From Raillietiella orientalis (Eukaryota), in contig JAYWIR010000011.1 in assembly GCA_036172245.1 (NCBI GenBank), positions 930,001-994,000 on the forward strand: 64,000 nt of DNA, given 5' to 3'. The translations under genes were made by a program, and so were the position numbers. A model generated the notes under the pieces. That model ran no database searches. It had not been told where the DNA came from and was given only the letters and a program-made list of their open reading frames with translations. The stretch's first letter is position 1. Each line of letters begins with the position of its first letter. Positions 62,431 through 64,000 of this stretch are shown one piece after another.

Positions 62431-64000
62431 TAAATCTCGGTGATAGGTAAAATCCCAGTTTGACAGGGTGCTTCCTAGGCTGCTGAATTCTGAAAAGGGG
62501 GGATTAATTTCTGTAACAAAACAGAGACCGCAGCAGCTTTGTACCTACGAGGGGAAGCGTTGAGAGTTCAAAGGATGCAATAGAAGAAACGGGACCTTCT
62601 AATTGGTTTAAATACTTTATGGATGTTTTAGGCAAGTATCATCGTTCTGGACAGCAACTTCCACCTATCTCTGAGAATGCATACAAATTGTCCAGTGAGT
62701 CAGACGATCTCTTATAAAACAGGAAGATGAAGCAGACTAGAAGCTATTGGAGAAGGAGAAAAAGGAAAAACGAGTCGCTCTAGAATTTACTCTCATTCGA
62801 TCTCCAGTCGCTGAAGCAGTCTTTCTTTGTGGGCGTTGTCTACTGCAATCTTCCTGTTCCCAGACTTCCAGGCTTGAGTTTAGTCAAAGCATGGTCCAGT
62901 GAATAGCTGGATTTTTCTGAGGAACTGAAGATACTCTGTAGTGAACAACTGAAAATTTGCCCCTGGCAAGTTCTTGAGTTTCCTGCTCGGAAAAGTAGCT
63001 TTCCACATGCTGTAGACGCTTAGAGGGATTCAGGTTCAGAGTGATTCGTAGATTATTGCGCGGTGCAATGCTCCCCTCAACGCGGGGGGCGCATCGAGGA
63101 ACTGAAGCTCTGGTTCGTTTCCGGTTCTGGAAGATTGAGTACATCAATTTCTCCTTGTCCGTCCTTAGCGCAGGAATGGCTTATTCAACGCGAGAACTCG
63201 TAACCTATCAGCTATAAACGTCTACCTATAATGTCCTCCATGAAACGCTGCAGCAAAGAAAAGGAAGAGAAGGTTCCCTCTCGTTAAACCGAATTTCCTG
63301 GGCGTGCTGGACTGCTGGTTCCATTTCTGCTTCTTTCGCTCCGGAAGACGGCATGCAGCACACTTTATGTATTTTCCTCTTCTTCATTTCTCGTAGTGAG
63401 GAGAGGGTCATCCGTGTAACGCAGGATTTTCGGGGGTGCACCAGGATGCACGGGCGTCCAAAAAGAACTCATCCTTTTCCAAACTCCCCTTTCTGGCTGC
63501 AGTAGTTGAATGCCTCTCCCAGATAGATTCGATTTATTGTCGATGGTCCGTACGATGAGCTCCATCCTTTGATCACTCAGGGAGGCAGAGATTCAATGAG
63601 ATCTTACCAGCTTAGTCAGTAAAATAATTTGCCTCGTCGGTGCCGTCTGCATTTCTTAAAGTCGAAGCCCCCTTTACTCAGTGCATTCTAGAACCTCCCT
63701 CACCCTTCTCCAGAGAAGTAGGTCGACTCATAACTCCTCAGGTAGCATAGCAACATTTCGTGACGAACGGGCCGAGCACGCAAAGCAGTGATGGAGGACG
63801 CTGGAGTGGACCCATCATGCGATGATTAACTTTCGAGCGAATGCGCCCAGAGGTTCGCACTTCTCGCTGGGTCGGTTCGCGGAAAGAAGTGGTGATCTGG
63901 TCGCCAGGAACCACCCTCCCGTTGTTCCCGACCGACCCTTCCTACCCCATTCTATTTTCCCCAGCGCTCCGGAAACTTTCCCGTGGAGCCGCGAAGTTCC

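Noticed and set aside
1..64000. CRISPR arrays, operons, rRNA or intact tRNA genes
   Set aside because: No regularly spaced repeat-spacer array, no prokaryotic gene density, and no complete cloverleaf or rRNA-like block seen.

Overview
Eukaryotic, probably arthropod, genomic DNA (short interstitial TTAGG tract, roundabout-like fragment, tRNA-derived SINE heads). I found no intact protein-coding gene; most long ORFs in the track are GC-rich non-coding frames. The window is a graveyard of frameshifted mobile-element and host-gene fragments. The dominant component is about ten relics of restriction-like-endonuclease (RLE) non-LTR retrotransposons of the NeSL/Utopia/R2 group. The best-preserved relic (38485-39086) is fused at its 5' end to a U2 snRNA nt 1-32-like segment and heads a run of three RLE 3' ends. 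Also present: two related gag/ORF1-like relics, RT/APE/piggyBac-like fragments, an apparently intron-less robo-like pseudogene, a near-identical 1.07-kb duplication, a 128-bp direct repeat and several long hairpins. All protein and snRNA assignments come from motifs recognised by eye against remembered consensus sequences, not from searches.
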